Of a stretch of 64,000 nt of DNA, positions 29,470 through 38,450 are shown piece after piece. Source of the DNA: a virus (taxonomy: Duplodnaviria > Caudoviricetes); IMG/VR virus record IMGVR_UViG_3300037067_015585, positions 64,001-128,000 of that record. One strand, written 5' to 3'. The notes under the pieces are model-generated. The model was not told the DNA's origin. It worked only from the letters and a program-made list of their open reading frames with translations, and did not search any database. Position 1 is the stretch's first letter. Each line of letters begins with the position of its first letter. The position numbers were made by a program, and so were the translations under genes.

Positions 29470-30437
29470 GATGCTTTGCCTATCGTTTCCAGCAATAAAG
29501 TTGCCGTGTCATTAAAACCCAATACAGCCATCAATGTCGCCATCCTATGATGGTATGTGTGTGCTAATAACACATCTTGACGTTGCATGCGTGCAATCTC
29601 TTTTAAATCACTATCACTAAGTCTTAACAAATCTTTTATTTTGGCATGATATCCACTTGGAGTTTCTGCCCATATAGCGCTTTTCGGTAAGTATCTAGAT
29701 ATATTAAATGCAGGATCATGTACTGCAACAGCACCACTTAAAATTGCTTTGAATACTCGCTCTGGCAAATCGATGCCATATCTTATTGTGTGTGGCTCAC
29801 TAATGCATGGCGCAACTTTACAATTTGCTAGTAATATTGGGACATCATTGTCCTCTATTGGACCGGCACATAGATTTTCCGGCCAAGTCCCCCATCCATA
29901 TACTTTTCTAATTATAGCCTTATCACGTAAAACTGGCAATAAATAAGCATCGATGCTCTTTGCCTTATATGGCCATCTGCCACCAACATAACCTACATCA
30001 AACTTGTCGTGTGTTCCATTTGACATTTTAAATATTGTGGCATCACCTGCTGTAGCCATCGGAACCCACGGTATGCCGATTTTATCCCATAAAGACCAAT
30101 ATTGCCGATCAGTTTCATGCCCATATCCAAACACAACATCGGGATGCATTGATATAGCCCAATCAATAGCACCTTGTGATTCGTTGATATTTGGCTCAAT
30201 TTTCTGCTTGCAATAAGGATTGGCATGCAAAGCAATTTTACATTTGTGGTCTGCTGGTATATCTTGCCTGTGGCCAGTACAGCCAATATACAAATCGGGT
30301 GAAAATAGATCCCACGAGCTTCTTCTACCATCCCATCGATCAGTAATACAACCGATATCACGCAAAGCATTAATCATGCCATCTGTAATAAAACTCCAAG
30401 CTCCACCAACTCTATGGCAAAATAAAACTCGCATCAT
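29466..30437 (-). CDS. GT-B glycosyltransferase (CgeB/Glyco_trans_1_2-like)
   Basis: DVGYVGG, YGWGTW, ERVFKAILSG and HTYHHRM. Confidence 0.8.
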   Translation of the reverse strand: MMRVLFCHRVGGAWSFITDGMINALRDIGCITDRWDGRRSSWDLFSPDLYIGCTGHRQDIPADHKCKIALHANPYCKQKIEPNINESQGAIDWAISMHPDVVFGYGHETDRQYWSLWDKIGIPWVPMATAGDATIFKMSNGTHDKFDVGYVGGRWPYKAKSIDAYLLPVLRDKAIIRKVYGWGTWPENLCAGPIEDNDVPILLANCKVAPCISEPHTIRYGIDLPERVFKAILSGAVAVHDPAFNISRYLPKSAIWAETPSGYHAKIKDLLRLSDSDLKEIARMQRQDVLLAHTYHHRMATLMAVLGFNDTATLLLETIGKAS

Positions 30438-32263
30438 TCACCTATTAGATGGCCTCTTCCACTATTGATTAATGCTTTACGCTGTCTATCTATTCTATCT
30501 TGAATCGATAACGCAGACAATTGCGTGCCAAGATCTTTATTTCTTTGGTGAAACGCAATCCATCCATCAGTCCTATCATGATGTAAATGTAACAAATTGT
30601 AATAACGATTTTCATGCCAGATTGTTGTTTTTGATAATCTAGCATAAAAATCGTTATCTTCTACACCATAACCAACATACTCTTCAACAAAACCACCGAT
30701 TTTCCAATAAACTTCACGGCTACATGCGATTGTTCCGCCCTCAAAATAGTCAACCATATAATCATATCTTGGCTGATTGACGCTACCCGATGTGTTTATT
30801 ATATTCGTATCAGCAGTATTGATATAATAAATATTCTTACAAAGATGACATGATTCTACTTCGGACAGTTCTGTAGCAACAGACTTAAAATAGCTTCTTG
30901 GCACTAATGTATCAGCATCATGTAGTACAAGCATTTCATGTTCGCAAATTGCAACGCCTGCATTCCACGCTCTACTCTTATTAAAAGCTGCACCCGATCT
31001 ACCAGCAGTAAAAATGTGCTTAGCTGGTAAACATTCTAAATCATCAATTTTTGATGTGACGTCTTCTTCTGTCATTATAATCTCAATATCAGGAAAACAT
31101 TGAGATCTTATATTGTTGAGTACGGTGAATATGCAATCTTTCCTTCCAATATCTCTAAATGGAATAACGCACGAAATGCACGGAACAACAGATGCTCCGC
31201 TTACATTGATATATGTCGGTCTTGTTTCCATCGCACTCAATATTGATTTAGCATATTTCAGCTTCTCAACACGACTTTTAACAGCAGATGGCTCTGAGTG
31301 AACTAGAAAATATGCTTCAGATCCATCAACATCATAAAAACCAGGTTGCTGTAGTTGGCTATTTGACAATCTTGTAGACCAATCAACATGCTCAACACCA
31401 TATTGGCCAAATTGCTCGTCAAAATATCCAACTCTAGAGAATGCAATATGATCGAACGCCATAACAGCGCCCTGTGGCTTATCATCAACCATACTTAAGA
31501 TGACATCGCCAGCAGCAACATTTCTACCTTTCGTTGCACCATATACGCCAGGCTGCCTATAACAAAAATGATGAAAATTGGATCGTCGCATTGCTATAAA
31601 ATAGTGATTTTCCCATCCAATATTTAATATCTCAACATCATCATTCAACAAGATTTTCTTAGGGAATCTTGATAGACAGCGCAATAAACGATTACTATTG
31701 CCCGCAATACCTAATTGTTCTTTGTTTTTAAGAACTACAATGTCGCCACGTAACTCGAGCTCAGATAAATATGATAATTGTTCAGGATCAGTACTACCAT
31801 CATCGCTTATGAATATTGTAGTGTGCGACGTATCAGTATGTTTAATAATAGAATCTACCAATCGCCGTAATGATGATGGTCGATTATATGTTAATATTCC
31901 AACACCAACACCGTTGCTTATGGCATAGATATCACTAGTAAATGCTTTTGAAGCGGAGCGATCAATATCGCTCCTCATACGACCGACCATCTGCTGTGGT
32001 TTTACATCTTTAGATTCCTTATAAACTACACGAACCGGCTTTACTGCTTGACGAGATGTTTTGAGTTTTAATGGTGGTGGTATTATTTGCTTATCTTGAC
32101 TAATATTAACTAGATACCCCTTTGATCCTACACCGCTCTTATTAACATAACGATCAAAAAATTCTGGTAGCCTTACGCGACGACCCCTACGGATATGTAC
32201 AGTATTGCCATCTGGTCCGACTAAGTATAAATCGTGCGGGTGCGGATTCATGTATTCTGGCAT
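30434..32263 (-). CDS. Tandem GT2-GT2 glycosyltransferase with an N-terminal extension
   Basis: Domain 1: ILTYNRP, SDDGS, LNDDV, GYFDEQFGQYGVEHVD. Domain 2: VIPFR, FNKSRAWNAG, HDADT, GGFVEEYVGYGVEDND. Confidence 0.88.
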   Translation of the reverse strand: MPEYMNPHPHDLYLVGPDGNTVHIRRGRRVRLPEFFDRYVNKSGVGSKGYLVNISQDKQIIPPPLKLKTSRQAVKPVRVVYKESKDVKPQQMVGRMRSDIDRSASKAFTSDIYAISNGVGVGILTYNRPSSLRRLVDSIIKHTDTSHTTIFISDDGSTDPEQLSYLSELELRGDIVVLKNKEQLGIAGNSNRLLRCLSRFPKKILLNDDVEILNIGWENHYFIAMRRSNFHHFCYRQPGVYGATKGRNVAAGDVILSMVDDKPQGAVMAFDHIAFSRVGYFDEQFGQYGVEHVDWSTRLSNSQLQQPGFYDVDGSEAYFLVHSEPSAVKSRVEKLKYAKSILSAMETRPTYINVSGASVVPCISCVIPFRDIGRKDCIFTVLNNIRSQCFPDIEIIMTEEDVTSKIDDLECLPAKHIFTAGRSGAAFNKSRAWNAGVAICEHEMLVLHDADTLVPRSYFKSVATELSEVESCHLCKNIYYINTADTNIINTSGSVNQPRYDYMVDYFEGGTIACSREVYWKIGGFVEEYVGYGVEDNDFYARLSKTTIWHENRYYNLLHLHHDRTDGWIAFHQRNKDLGTQLSALSIQDRIDRQRKALINSGRGHLIGE

Positions 32264-32265
32264 AA

Positions 32266-32772
32266 TCACTTCCAAACATTGTGCAATTCAGTTTTCAGCT
32301 GATCTAATGTTCCATTGTTTCGAATTACTAAAAATGAATCACAAGATTTTTTATATTTTGGTAGTGATACTTTGAATCTATTAGTATAATCACAAAGTAA
32401 TGATTCTGTCATTTTAGGATCGCGAGCCAGACACAAACTAATATTAGATTGCACAAATAGCAAAACAACTTTGTGCATTGCAGCCTTCGCATCAACAATT
32501 AATGTTAAAAGAGTAGTATATTTAGAATTGCAACTATCTAATACTATGGTTTCGCGTGGTGGAACCTGTTCGATTGCTTCTTTGCATTTTTCAATCGCCA
32601 TAGACCAGCACTCTATATTGAATGCACGCTGGCTTTCTACATCGAGTGACGATAAATTTTCAGGAATCCAATCAGATGGTCTAATGATATGCCATTGACC
32701 ATCTGATTTAGATAAAAAATCTATTGCTCTTGATTTGCCTGATTTGGGGAGCCCCGCTACTATAAGAAGCAT
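32266..32772 (-). CDS. P-loop kinase (AAA_33 / polynucleotide kinase-like)
   Basis: GLPKSGKS Walker A; IVLDSCN; CLARD lid motif. Confidence 0.75.
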   Translation of the reverse strand: MLLIVAGLPKSGKSRAIDFLSKSDGQWHIIRPSDWIPENLSSLDVESQRAFNIECWSMAIEKCKEAIEQVPPRETIVLDSCNSKYTTLLTLIVDAKAAMHKVVLLFVQSNISLCLARDPKMTESLLCDYTNRFKVSLPKYKKSCDSFLVIRNNGTLDQLKTELHNVWK

Positions 32773-32789
32773 TATATTGCCTTATATTG

Positions 32790-33380
32790 TTATTGTGATG
32801 GTATTCCAACATAAAGCGGCACCGGGCTACCATCTATTTCAGTGAACCTCGATCTACTTGGCTTTATTATAGTGCCACTACTAAATTGCTCAATATGATT
32901 GCTAATTTGTTCTAAAATCTGCTCAGACATCACATCGACTTTTAATACCTTTTGTGTATCAAAAGTCTTACCAAATACATCTCTGATCATACCTGGCCCA
33001 AGGAACTTATTCAAACTTAATCTAATATCAACTAATACTGGGCTCCCAGTGTCTAAGGCAAAATAATAGATCGCTTTTTTTACACCAACTGCATGTGAAA
33101 TTGCAACTAATCGTCCGGCTTGACTCTTAAGAAAATCAGTAGCAATCAATGATAATGGATCTGATGCACTTGCTAGATCTATAGTATTACCATTCCAATC
33201 ACCCATTGATACTGAAACATCGCCATTGTCACTATGCGATATCAAACAACTAATGCCTACGTTTTGATAATATTTAACGACATAGCATAACATTCCAGTT
33301 ATCAAAGCCACATTTGATAGTGGTTCTGGGTGTGGTAGTATAACTGGGACGAGTTTAGATGTACCAGACTGTGTTCCCAT
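32790..33380 (-). CDS. Hypothetical protein
   Basis: Co-oriented operon ORF. Confidence 0.7.
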   Translation of the reverse strand: MGTQSGTSKLVPVILPHPEPLSNVALITGMLCYVVKYYQNVGISCLISHSDNGDVSVSMGDWNGNTIDLASASDPLSLIATDFLKSQAGRLVAISHAVGVKKAIYYFALDTGSPVLVDIRLSLNKFLGPGMIRDVFGKTFDTQKVLKVDVMSEQILEQISNHIEQFSSGTIIKPSRSRFTEIDGSPVPLYVGIPSQ

Positions 33381-33666
33381 CTACATGCTGCTGGATATAC
33401 CAGCGTCCTCGTTTGTTGTTGCGAATATCATTTAAATCGAAAATATAAACGCCCTTCTGCATTTCCGCCTCATTCATGGTAAACAATAATCGTGGAGTCC
33501 CTTCGAAGATTATTGACAATTTACCACTCTTAACATCATAATTATTTATTGTGCCAAACCAAGTTCTAAACCAACCAGACCATACAACAAAATCGGCATA
33601 TCGCGGTGTCCAAGTAGCTATTGCCTTATATGTTGCTAATGGTGGTAGTTCTACTTCTCGTGGCAT
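33355..33666 (-). CDS. Hypothetical protein
   Basis: TAATG coupling with the upstream gene. Confidence 0.7.
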   Translation of the reverse strand: MPREVELPPLATYKAIATWTPRYADFVVWSGWFRTWFGTINNYDVKSGKLSIIFEGTPRLLFTMNEAEMQKGVYIFDLNDIRNNKRGRWYIQQHVDGNTVWYI

Positions 33667-34175
33667 TATTGTTCTTTCTTAAATCTGGTTAGTTTATGTA
33701 CGAATATGTCGTACCTATACGTAAAACCGTCAGATAAGTCCCATTGAATGAAATGACCATGGCGATAACCACCAAGCACCCTGTCGATAACCGGATCAAT
33801 CGACGTAAAACTGCTTTCTGATATCACTAATGGCGATTTCATCTTTTTACCATTGACGTCAACAGATCCCATTTGATCAGCTATTTTTTCATAAGCATCT
33901 TCGCGTTGCTTTATTATGTTGAGCCCATTAGTTAAAATATCACGAGCAGAACTAGTTTTCGTCTTAGTAGACACCTGAAATGTCTTACTTCGATTATCGG
34001 TATCAGTCCCAGTCATATTGATTGATAGAGTCACATCATCTTGCTTGCAATCGAGATTAAGCTTAGCTAAAACACGCTTGATATCGGAGGCTGTTTTTAT
34101 TGATATAGGCTCAAATCGCTGACGGTTCGATTCCGCTTGCTGTCTCCTGGCCATTTCCCTCTCTAAGCTCTCCAT
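33666..34175 (-). CDS. Hypothetical protein
   Basis: GGAGG SD. Confidence 0.75.
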   Translation of the reverse strand: MESLEREMARRQQAESNRQRFEPISIKTASDIKRVLAKLNLDCKQDDVTLSINMTGTDTDNRSKTFQVSTKTKTSSARDILTNGLNIIKQREDAYEKIADQMGSVDVNGKKMKSPLVISESSFTSIDPVIDRVLGGYRHGHFIQWDLSDGFTYRYDIFVHKLTRFKKEQ

Positions 34176-34629
34176 TTATACCTCCGGAGTTATCTACAAT
34201 TTCATCAGCTATATGAAGATTTATGTCGATTGCTGCAACACGACCGTTGTGTACAAGTCTAAATACGCTGTGATATAAATTCGCAAATCCCCACAGAGCT
34301 ATCGCTTTGACAACGGCATTATCACCAGCATTGAGTGACAGATAATCTCCTGGTAAAAAGGCAGAGAAAAACGAAGATGTCCAAAAACTAGTACACCACC
34401 CGCATGATATTAAATCAGATAGCCATCGGCACGTTATTTTTATGATGCCACGTATCGTCTTATTAGTCGGCCACATGACGTGCGCATATTCTTCGTCCAT
34501 CAACGACATTCTAGCTATGAATTGTCGAAATGGTGCGAATATAACTGATGTTGTAATAAGCTCCGCTGTACGCTCTGCCGCTACTGTACAAATCAACCAT
34601 GAACCAATTATGGATACTATTGTTATCAT
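34111..34629 (-). CDS. DUF1360-like membrane protein
   Basis: ERTAELITTSVIFAPFR and LISCGWCTSFW signature; hydrophobic helices. Confidence 0.7.
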   Translation of the reverse strand: MITIVSIIGSWLICTVAAERTAELITTSVIFAPFRQFIARMSLMDEEYAHVMWPTNKTIRGIIKITCRWLSDLISCGWCTSFWTSSFFSAFLPGDYLSLNAGDNAVVKAIALWGFANLYHSVFRLVHNGRVAAIDINLHIADEIVDNSGGINGELREGNGQETASGIEPSAI

Positions 34630-34943
34630 ATAAATGTTTTTCTACAACGTGGGCAAGATTTACGATTTCTAATACCACTACCAGATACTATATGTGTTAG
34701 TGGTGCATTACATAATGGACAATTTTTTAAATCTTTTAATTGTTGCTTTACTTTTATCGCAGTATTATTTTGAGTAGCGACTACAATCTTCGTTGTAGCA
34801 GTTGGGCGTAATACTGGAATCTGCGATGGTTTCGCGATTAATTTAGATTGACGGTTAGCTTGCTGGTTGACTTGCTGATTAACAACCCTACTTTGCATCG
34901 CCCTGGCTGCTTTATTACCACCACCACATGCGCCACATGCCAT
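34626..34943 (-). CDS. Small basic protein with an N-terminal MACGACG motif and a C-terminal zinc ribbon
   Basis: CPLC...CPRC; TAATG and ATGA coupling with its neighbours. Confidence 0.75.
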   Translation of the reverse strand: MACGACGGGNKAARAMQSRVVNQQVNQQANRQSKLIAKPSQIPVLRPTATTKIVVATQNNTAIKVKQQLKDLKNCPLCNAPLTHIVSGSGIRNRKSCPRCRKTFI

Positions 34944-35110
34944 TATGCTCTCGCCTTTCTAACTCCGATGCGTTGGATGTGTACCTTATTTTGTGTTTGT
35001 GGATCTTGTTTTCTTACCTGAATTGCTTGCCCTGGTTGTCTGATTACGACAGGGCCACTTGCTCTCGCAACTCTAACCGGCTTTCTATTTCCACATCCAC
35101 CGCATGCCAT
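34943..35110 (-). CDS. Unannotated 55-aa basic protein MACGGCGNRKPVRVARAS...RKARA
   Basis: Open from ATG at 35110 to TAA at 34943-34945, which overlaps the next ATG; same N-terminal motif as the downstream gene. Confidence 0.7.
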   Translation of the reverse strand: MACGGCGNRKPVRVARASGPVVIRQPGQAIQVRKQDPQTQNKVHIQRIGVRKARA

Positions 35111-35745
35111 GATTCACCGAAGAAAAAGGAGTCTGGATTAACATTATCGGCAAAATCGTTCCAATTGCAGATATAACATGGTGACAACTGCAATGGGACA
35201 ATTATCTCATTCTTCCTATTTTTGGTGTGGCTTATATTGAATGAAACCGGTCCACAATATGCATAATAATCGAAATATAAATGTGGAAACCACAGCCTAC
35301 TCTGCGTCAAATTATTCTTCTTATCCCTAAGAAAGCTTAATGCCGTAGCATCAAACACAATCCAATCACAGCTTGGATGTGGCTTGAAGAATACTATTGG
35401 TTTAATGTCTAAACCTAGTGCTTTTGATACTAGAGAAGCATCATAACTACTCTGGTGATACCAACTCGACATCTTGCAAGTATTAACACCATTAAGAAGA
35501 GAAGTTAAAGTAAAACCCTTCCCTTTTTTAGCTTCAAGATTAAAACGACATCTATTTTTTGTATCAGCAGGAACTACATCTCCTGTGAGATCACGCAAAA
35601 CTGTATCTGATTCTCTGCCCTCAACCCTTCGTCGTCGAAATTCCCTTCCAGACCATTCAGTCAATAGCTTTGCTACTCTACGCTCATGACATTTCGCCGT
35701 CGCCACGTTCGACTTCCCGATCTGACTCGCTGTCTTCGCCATCAT
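35044..35745 (-). CDS. Holliday junction resolvase (Hjc-like PD-(D/E)xK)
   Basis: HERRVAKLL...FRR...GDVV...LEAKK. Confidence 0.75.
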   Translation of the reverse strand: MMAKTASQIGKSNVATAKCHERRVAKLLTEWSGREFRRRRVEGRESDTVLRDLTGDVVPADTKNRCRFNLEAKKGKGFTLTSLLNGVNTCKMSSWYHQSSYDASLVSKALGLDIKPIVFFKPHPSCDWIVFDATALSFLRDKKNNLTQSRLWFPHLYFDYYAYCGPVSFNISHTKNRKNEIIVPLQLSPCYICNWNDFADNVNPDSFFFGESWHAVDVEIESRLELREQVALS

Positions 35746-36598
35746 TATTCTCTATAGGGATAGTGAATTGTTTAAATCTGCCACCAAGCCTATTATGCTC
35801 AGTGACAAATCCACCAACCTTATATTTACGAGCCAGGTTGAATAATTCATTCTTATCATAAACCGGCTGTGTATCTAATACTCTCTGAACATACAATTGG
35901 TTCTTGAGTAATTCTGGACATAATGATAAGTCTATCAAAAACATATTCCTGACAAATAATTGTATCCCTACACGTGCAAGAAATTCAGCTCTCTCTTTAC
36001 TCGATTTGGCCATAGCAGTACTCTTAACCGGCCCAATTCCTACATACCCATTTATCATATCAGATTTATCACCGCACAATGCCTTTTGGATTACTGGATC
36101 GTAATCAGTAACTGGCATAAATGTCTCGTGCATAGGCTCGAAGCATTTAACGTGTGACATCCTAAACGCCAATTGCTTATAATCACTATCAGACGAACAT
36201 ACGACTATTGGAGATGGGGCTAAAACCTTACAGGTCGCATATATCAAATCATCTGCTTCCATGCGATCTTTACTAAATTGCCTGCAACCAAGATATGAGA
36301 ACATCGCTTTCGCTGCGATTTGTGTACTAATTAGCTCATCTTTAATATCGACAGCATATTTATCTGGCTTGTCTTTGTAACCAGGAAATATCTTCATTCG
36401 CCACAAGGTCGATCGTTTAGCATCCCAAAAAACATTAATGCTTTCTGGTCTAAAACGATCGATCCAACTACACATAAAACGCAACATTATCGTAAATGGA
36501 TGCTGATGTTGGAATTGTGCAGATGGCTTTCTACTCGCGAAGATAGCACGATACATTAGATTCCTACCATCTACCAATAGCGTGCATTTCTTGCTCAT
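35684..36598 (-). CDS. 5'-3' exonuclease / flap endonuclease (T4 RNase H-like)
   Basis: LLVDGRNLMYR, EADDLI, SSDSD and GDKSD...GIGP (H3TH). Confidence 0.92.
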   Translation of the reverse strand: MSKKCTLLVDGRNLMYRAIFASRKPSAQFQHQHPFTIMLRFMCSWIDRFRPESINVFWDAKRSTLWRMKIFPGYKDKPDKYAVDIKDELISTQIAAKAMFSYLGCRQFSKDRMEADDLIYATCKVLAPSPIVVCSSDSDYKQLAFRMSHVKCFEPMHETFMPVTDYDPVIQKALCGDKSDMINGYVGIGPVKSTAMAKSSKERAEFLARVGIQLFVRNMFLIDLSLCPELLKNQLYVQRVLDTQPVYDKNELFNLARKYKVGGFVTEHNRLGGRFKQFTIPIENNDGEDSESDREVERGDGEMS

Positions 36599-36612
36599 TT
36601 TATCCTCGTGGT

Positions 36613-36652
36613 AAAAAACAAGGCGAGAGAGATAATATCTCTCTCGCCTTGT
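36613..36652 (-). terminator. Intrinsic terminator after the SSB gene
   Basis: Perfect 16-bp inverted repeat acaaggcgagagagat / atctctctcgccttgt followed by a T6 tract on the minus strand. Confidence 0.9.
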
Positions 36653-36673
36653 GCGGAATTACTAATGCGATCT

Positions 36674-37900
36674 CTAGCCGTTGAGTTCGTCTAATAGACG
36701 ATCAACTTCACTATCAGCATCGCTGCCACCCTCTGATTCGCTAACAGGCGATTCACCAGCCAATTCATCAGTAGCTTCAGATTCGAGTTCTGGTTCTGAT
36801 TCAATCTCAGGTTCATCCTCAATCTCTGCCTCAAGCTCTGGCTCTGGCTTAGCAGCCGGTTTGGTGGCTGGTTTAGCTACAGCGGGCTTAGCGGCAGCAG
36901 GTTTGGCAGCCGGTTTGGTGGCTGGTTTAGCTACAGCGGGCTTAACGGCAGCCGGTTTGGTGGCGGGTTTAGCTACGGGCTTAGCAACTGGCTCCGGAGT
37001 CTCAACTTCTGTGGTCTCGACTTCAATGCTCTCGACAACATCGTCGATCTCAGCATCCTCATCACGATCAAATCCACCAGATGATGCATTTGCCTTAGCC
37101 GAGGCACGGCCACTCAAAGCTGCCGCAACACGCGCGACTTCTTCAAGATCAACAGTCGGCATCTTCTCCCACAAATTGTGTCGCTTAGAGAGAATTGTCT
37201 TGATCCGCTTCAGATCAGCTTTTTTCGTCTCTTTGTCAACAGCAATCGGCCTAGCACCGCCAGTGGTCAAGAACTTCGATTTCTTGTAGCTATTCATTTG
37301 ACCGTCCCTGGTCACTTCAAGCTGAAATTGATATGCTTTGTTTTCGTCAAAGAACACACCAAACGGCATCAGTTCGTCAGGATCGCCACCGTCATCGTCG
37401 CGATACAGGCATTCGAGCCAAGTATCAACGATCGTCTTCGGAGCATTGTACCAAAGAACCTTCCCACGAACTTCTTCTGGGTTTGTCTCAACCGGCGGGA
37501 AATAAATGTTGACAAGATGATATTGACCAGGTAGTAAATCCTTGCCAATTTGGGATCGCTTCTTCTTGCCTTCTTCGCTGCTTCCATCGATCTCTGACAT
37601 TAGATCGAAACCATATTCGCAAATAGCACAATCTTCCTCATTAATAACTCGAGGACAGCCGATGCGTTTATTGTCAATGTAATGCGATCCATTTGGAATC
37701 GCAAACAATTCCATATCACGCTCGCATGTTATTTTACCTTCATTGCAGGCATCTCCAACTGCAAGAGGCGGTAAAACATAAAATCTGAATTTCACGCTTT
37801 GTCCAGCGTCAACTTTCGGTGCACGAAATTCAGTTGGGTCTTTACCCTTCTTCATTTTGGCTCTTACTTGAGACCTAATCTTTTCAATATCATATCCCAT
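36674..37900 (-). CDS. Single-stranded DNA-binding protein (T4 gp32-like) with an AKP-repeat linker and acidic tail
   Basis: FRFYVLPP, H...CP...CAIC zinc site, SYKKSKF, and a very acidic C-terminus ending DRLLDELNG. Confidence 0.8.
   Translation of the reverse strand: MGYDIEKIRSQVRAKMKKGKDPTEFRAPKVDAGQSVKFRFYVLPPLAVGDACNEGKITCERDMELFAIPNGSHYIDNKRIGCPRVINEEDCAICEYGFDLMSEIDGSSEEGKKKRSQIGKDLLPGQYHLVNIYFPPVETNPEEVRGKVLWYNAPKTIVDTWLECLYRDDDGGDPDELMPFGVFFDENKAYQFQLEVTRDGQMNSYKKSKFLTTGGARPIAVDKETKKADLKRIKTILSKRHNLWEKMPTVDLEEVARVAAALSGRASAKANASSGGFDRDEDAEIDDVVESIEVETTEVETPEPVAKPVAKPATKPAAVKPAVAKPATKPAAKPAAAKPAVAKPATKPAAKPEPELEAEIEDEPEIESEPELESEATDELAGESPVSESEGGSDADSEVDRLLDELNG
36846..36990 (-). repeat. 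Imperfect direct repeats encoding KPAVAKPATKPAA
   Basis: gcagccggtttggtggc(t/g)ggtttagctac at about 36852, 36906 and 36948. Confidence 0.9.
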
Positions 37901-37909
37901 GTGATTCTC

Positions 37910-38431
37910 CTAGGTTAATCTACCAGATTGTTCTTTTTCTTGACGTTTAAATCCAGCTAACGACCGACAATGCTCGGATCGTAGTTTGATCGCTTCAACC
38001 ATGTGATATACTTTCCCACAATTCCTCTGCAATATAGCGAGCTCTGCCTCATTTTTTACTAAATCGTTATCACCCTCAATCAGGCCATTTAACTGTTTGT
38101 CTGTTAGTTTTGTGCCTTGAGCCTTAAATTCTGCAACAACCTTACGTACTACAGAATTCCGGCGAGATTTCATCTTCAATTCTTGGATAGCAGTTGCGCA
38201 TCTAAGTTCGCTATAGATAGCGGCCCAATAGATGTATTGTGCAGGAATCTGCTCATGCTGTTCTTCTAGTATGTCAAAATTGATATCTATATCATCAACC
38301 AGATTGATTTCAACGACAGACCCATTTTGTAGTTTGATACTAAACTTAAATAGAGAACTGTCAGCCAACTCAGATGGCACGTGATCTTGGAACCACTTTG
38401 GCATACCATTTTTTGTGTCGTTGTCTTCCAT
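37910..38431 (-). CDS. UvsY-like recombination mediator
   Basis: Helical; IPAQYIYWAAIYSE and KLTDKQLNGLIEGD; next to the SSB gene. Confidence 0.6.
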   Translation of the reverse strand: MEDNDTKNGMPKWFQDHVPSELADSSLFKFSIKLQNGSVVEINLVDDIDINFDILEEQHEQIPAQYIYWAAIYSELRCATAIQELKMKSRRNSVVRKVVAEFKAQGTKLTDKQLNGLIEGDNDLVKNEAELAILQRNCGKVYHMVEAIKLRSEHCRSLAGFKRQEKEQSGRLT

Positions 38432-38441
38432 AATCGATCAA

Positions 38442-38449
38442 TCAAATAC
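38442..38449 (-). promoter_or_regulatory. Putative early/middle promoter motif GTATTTGA (representative copy)
   Basis: GTATTTNA recurs upstream of replication and other non-structural genes (see findings). Confidence 0.6.
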
Positions 38450-38450
38450 A

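Noticed and set aside
36681-37289. 202-aa Ala/Gly/Ser-rich plus-strand ORF
   Set aside because: Antisense of the SSB low-complexity tail
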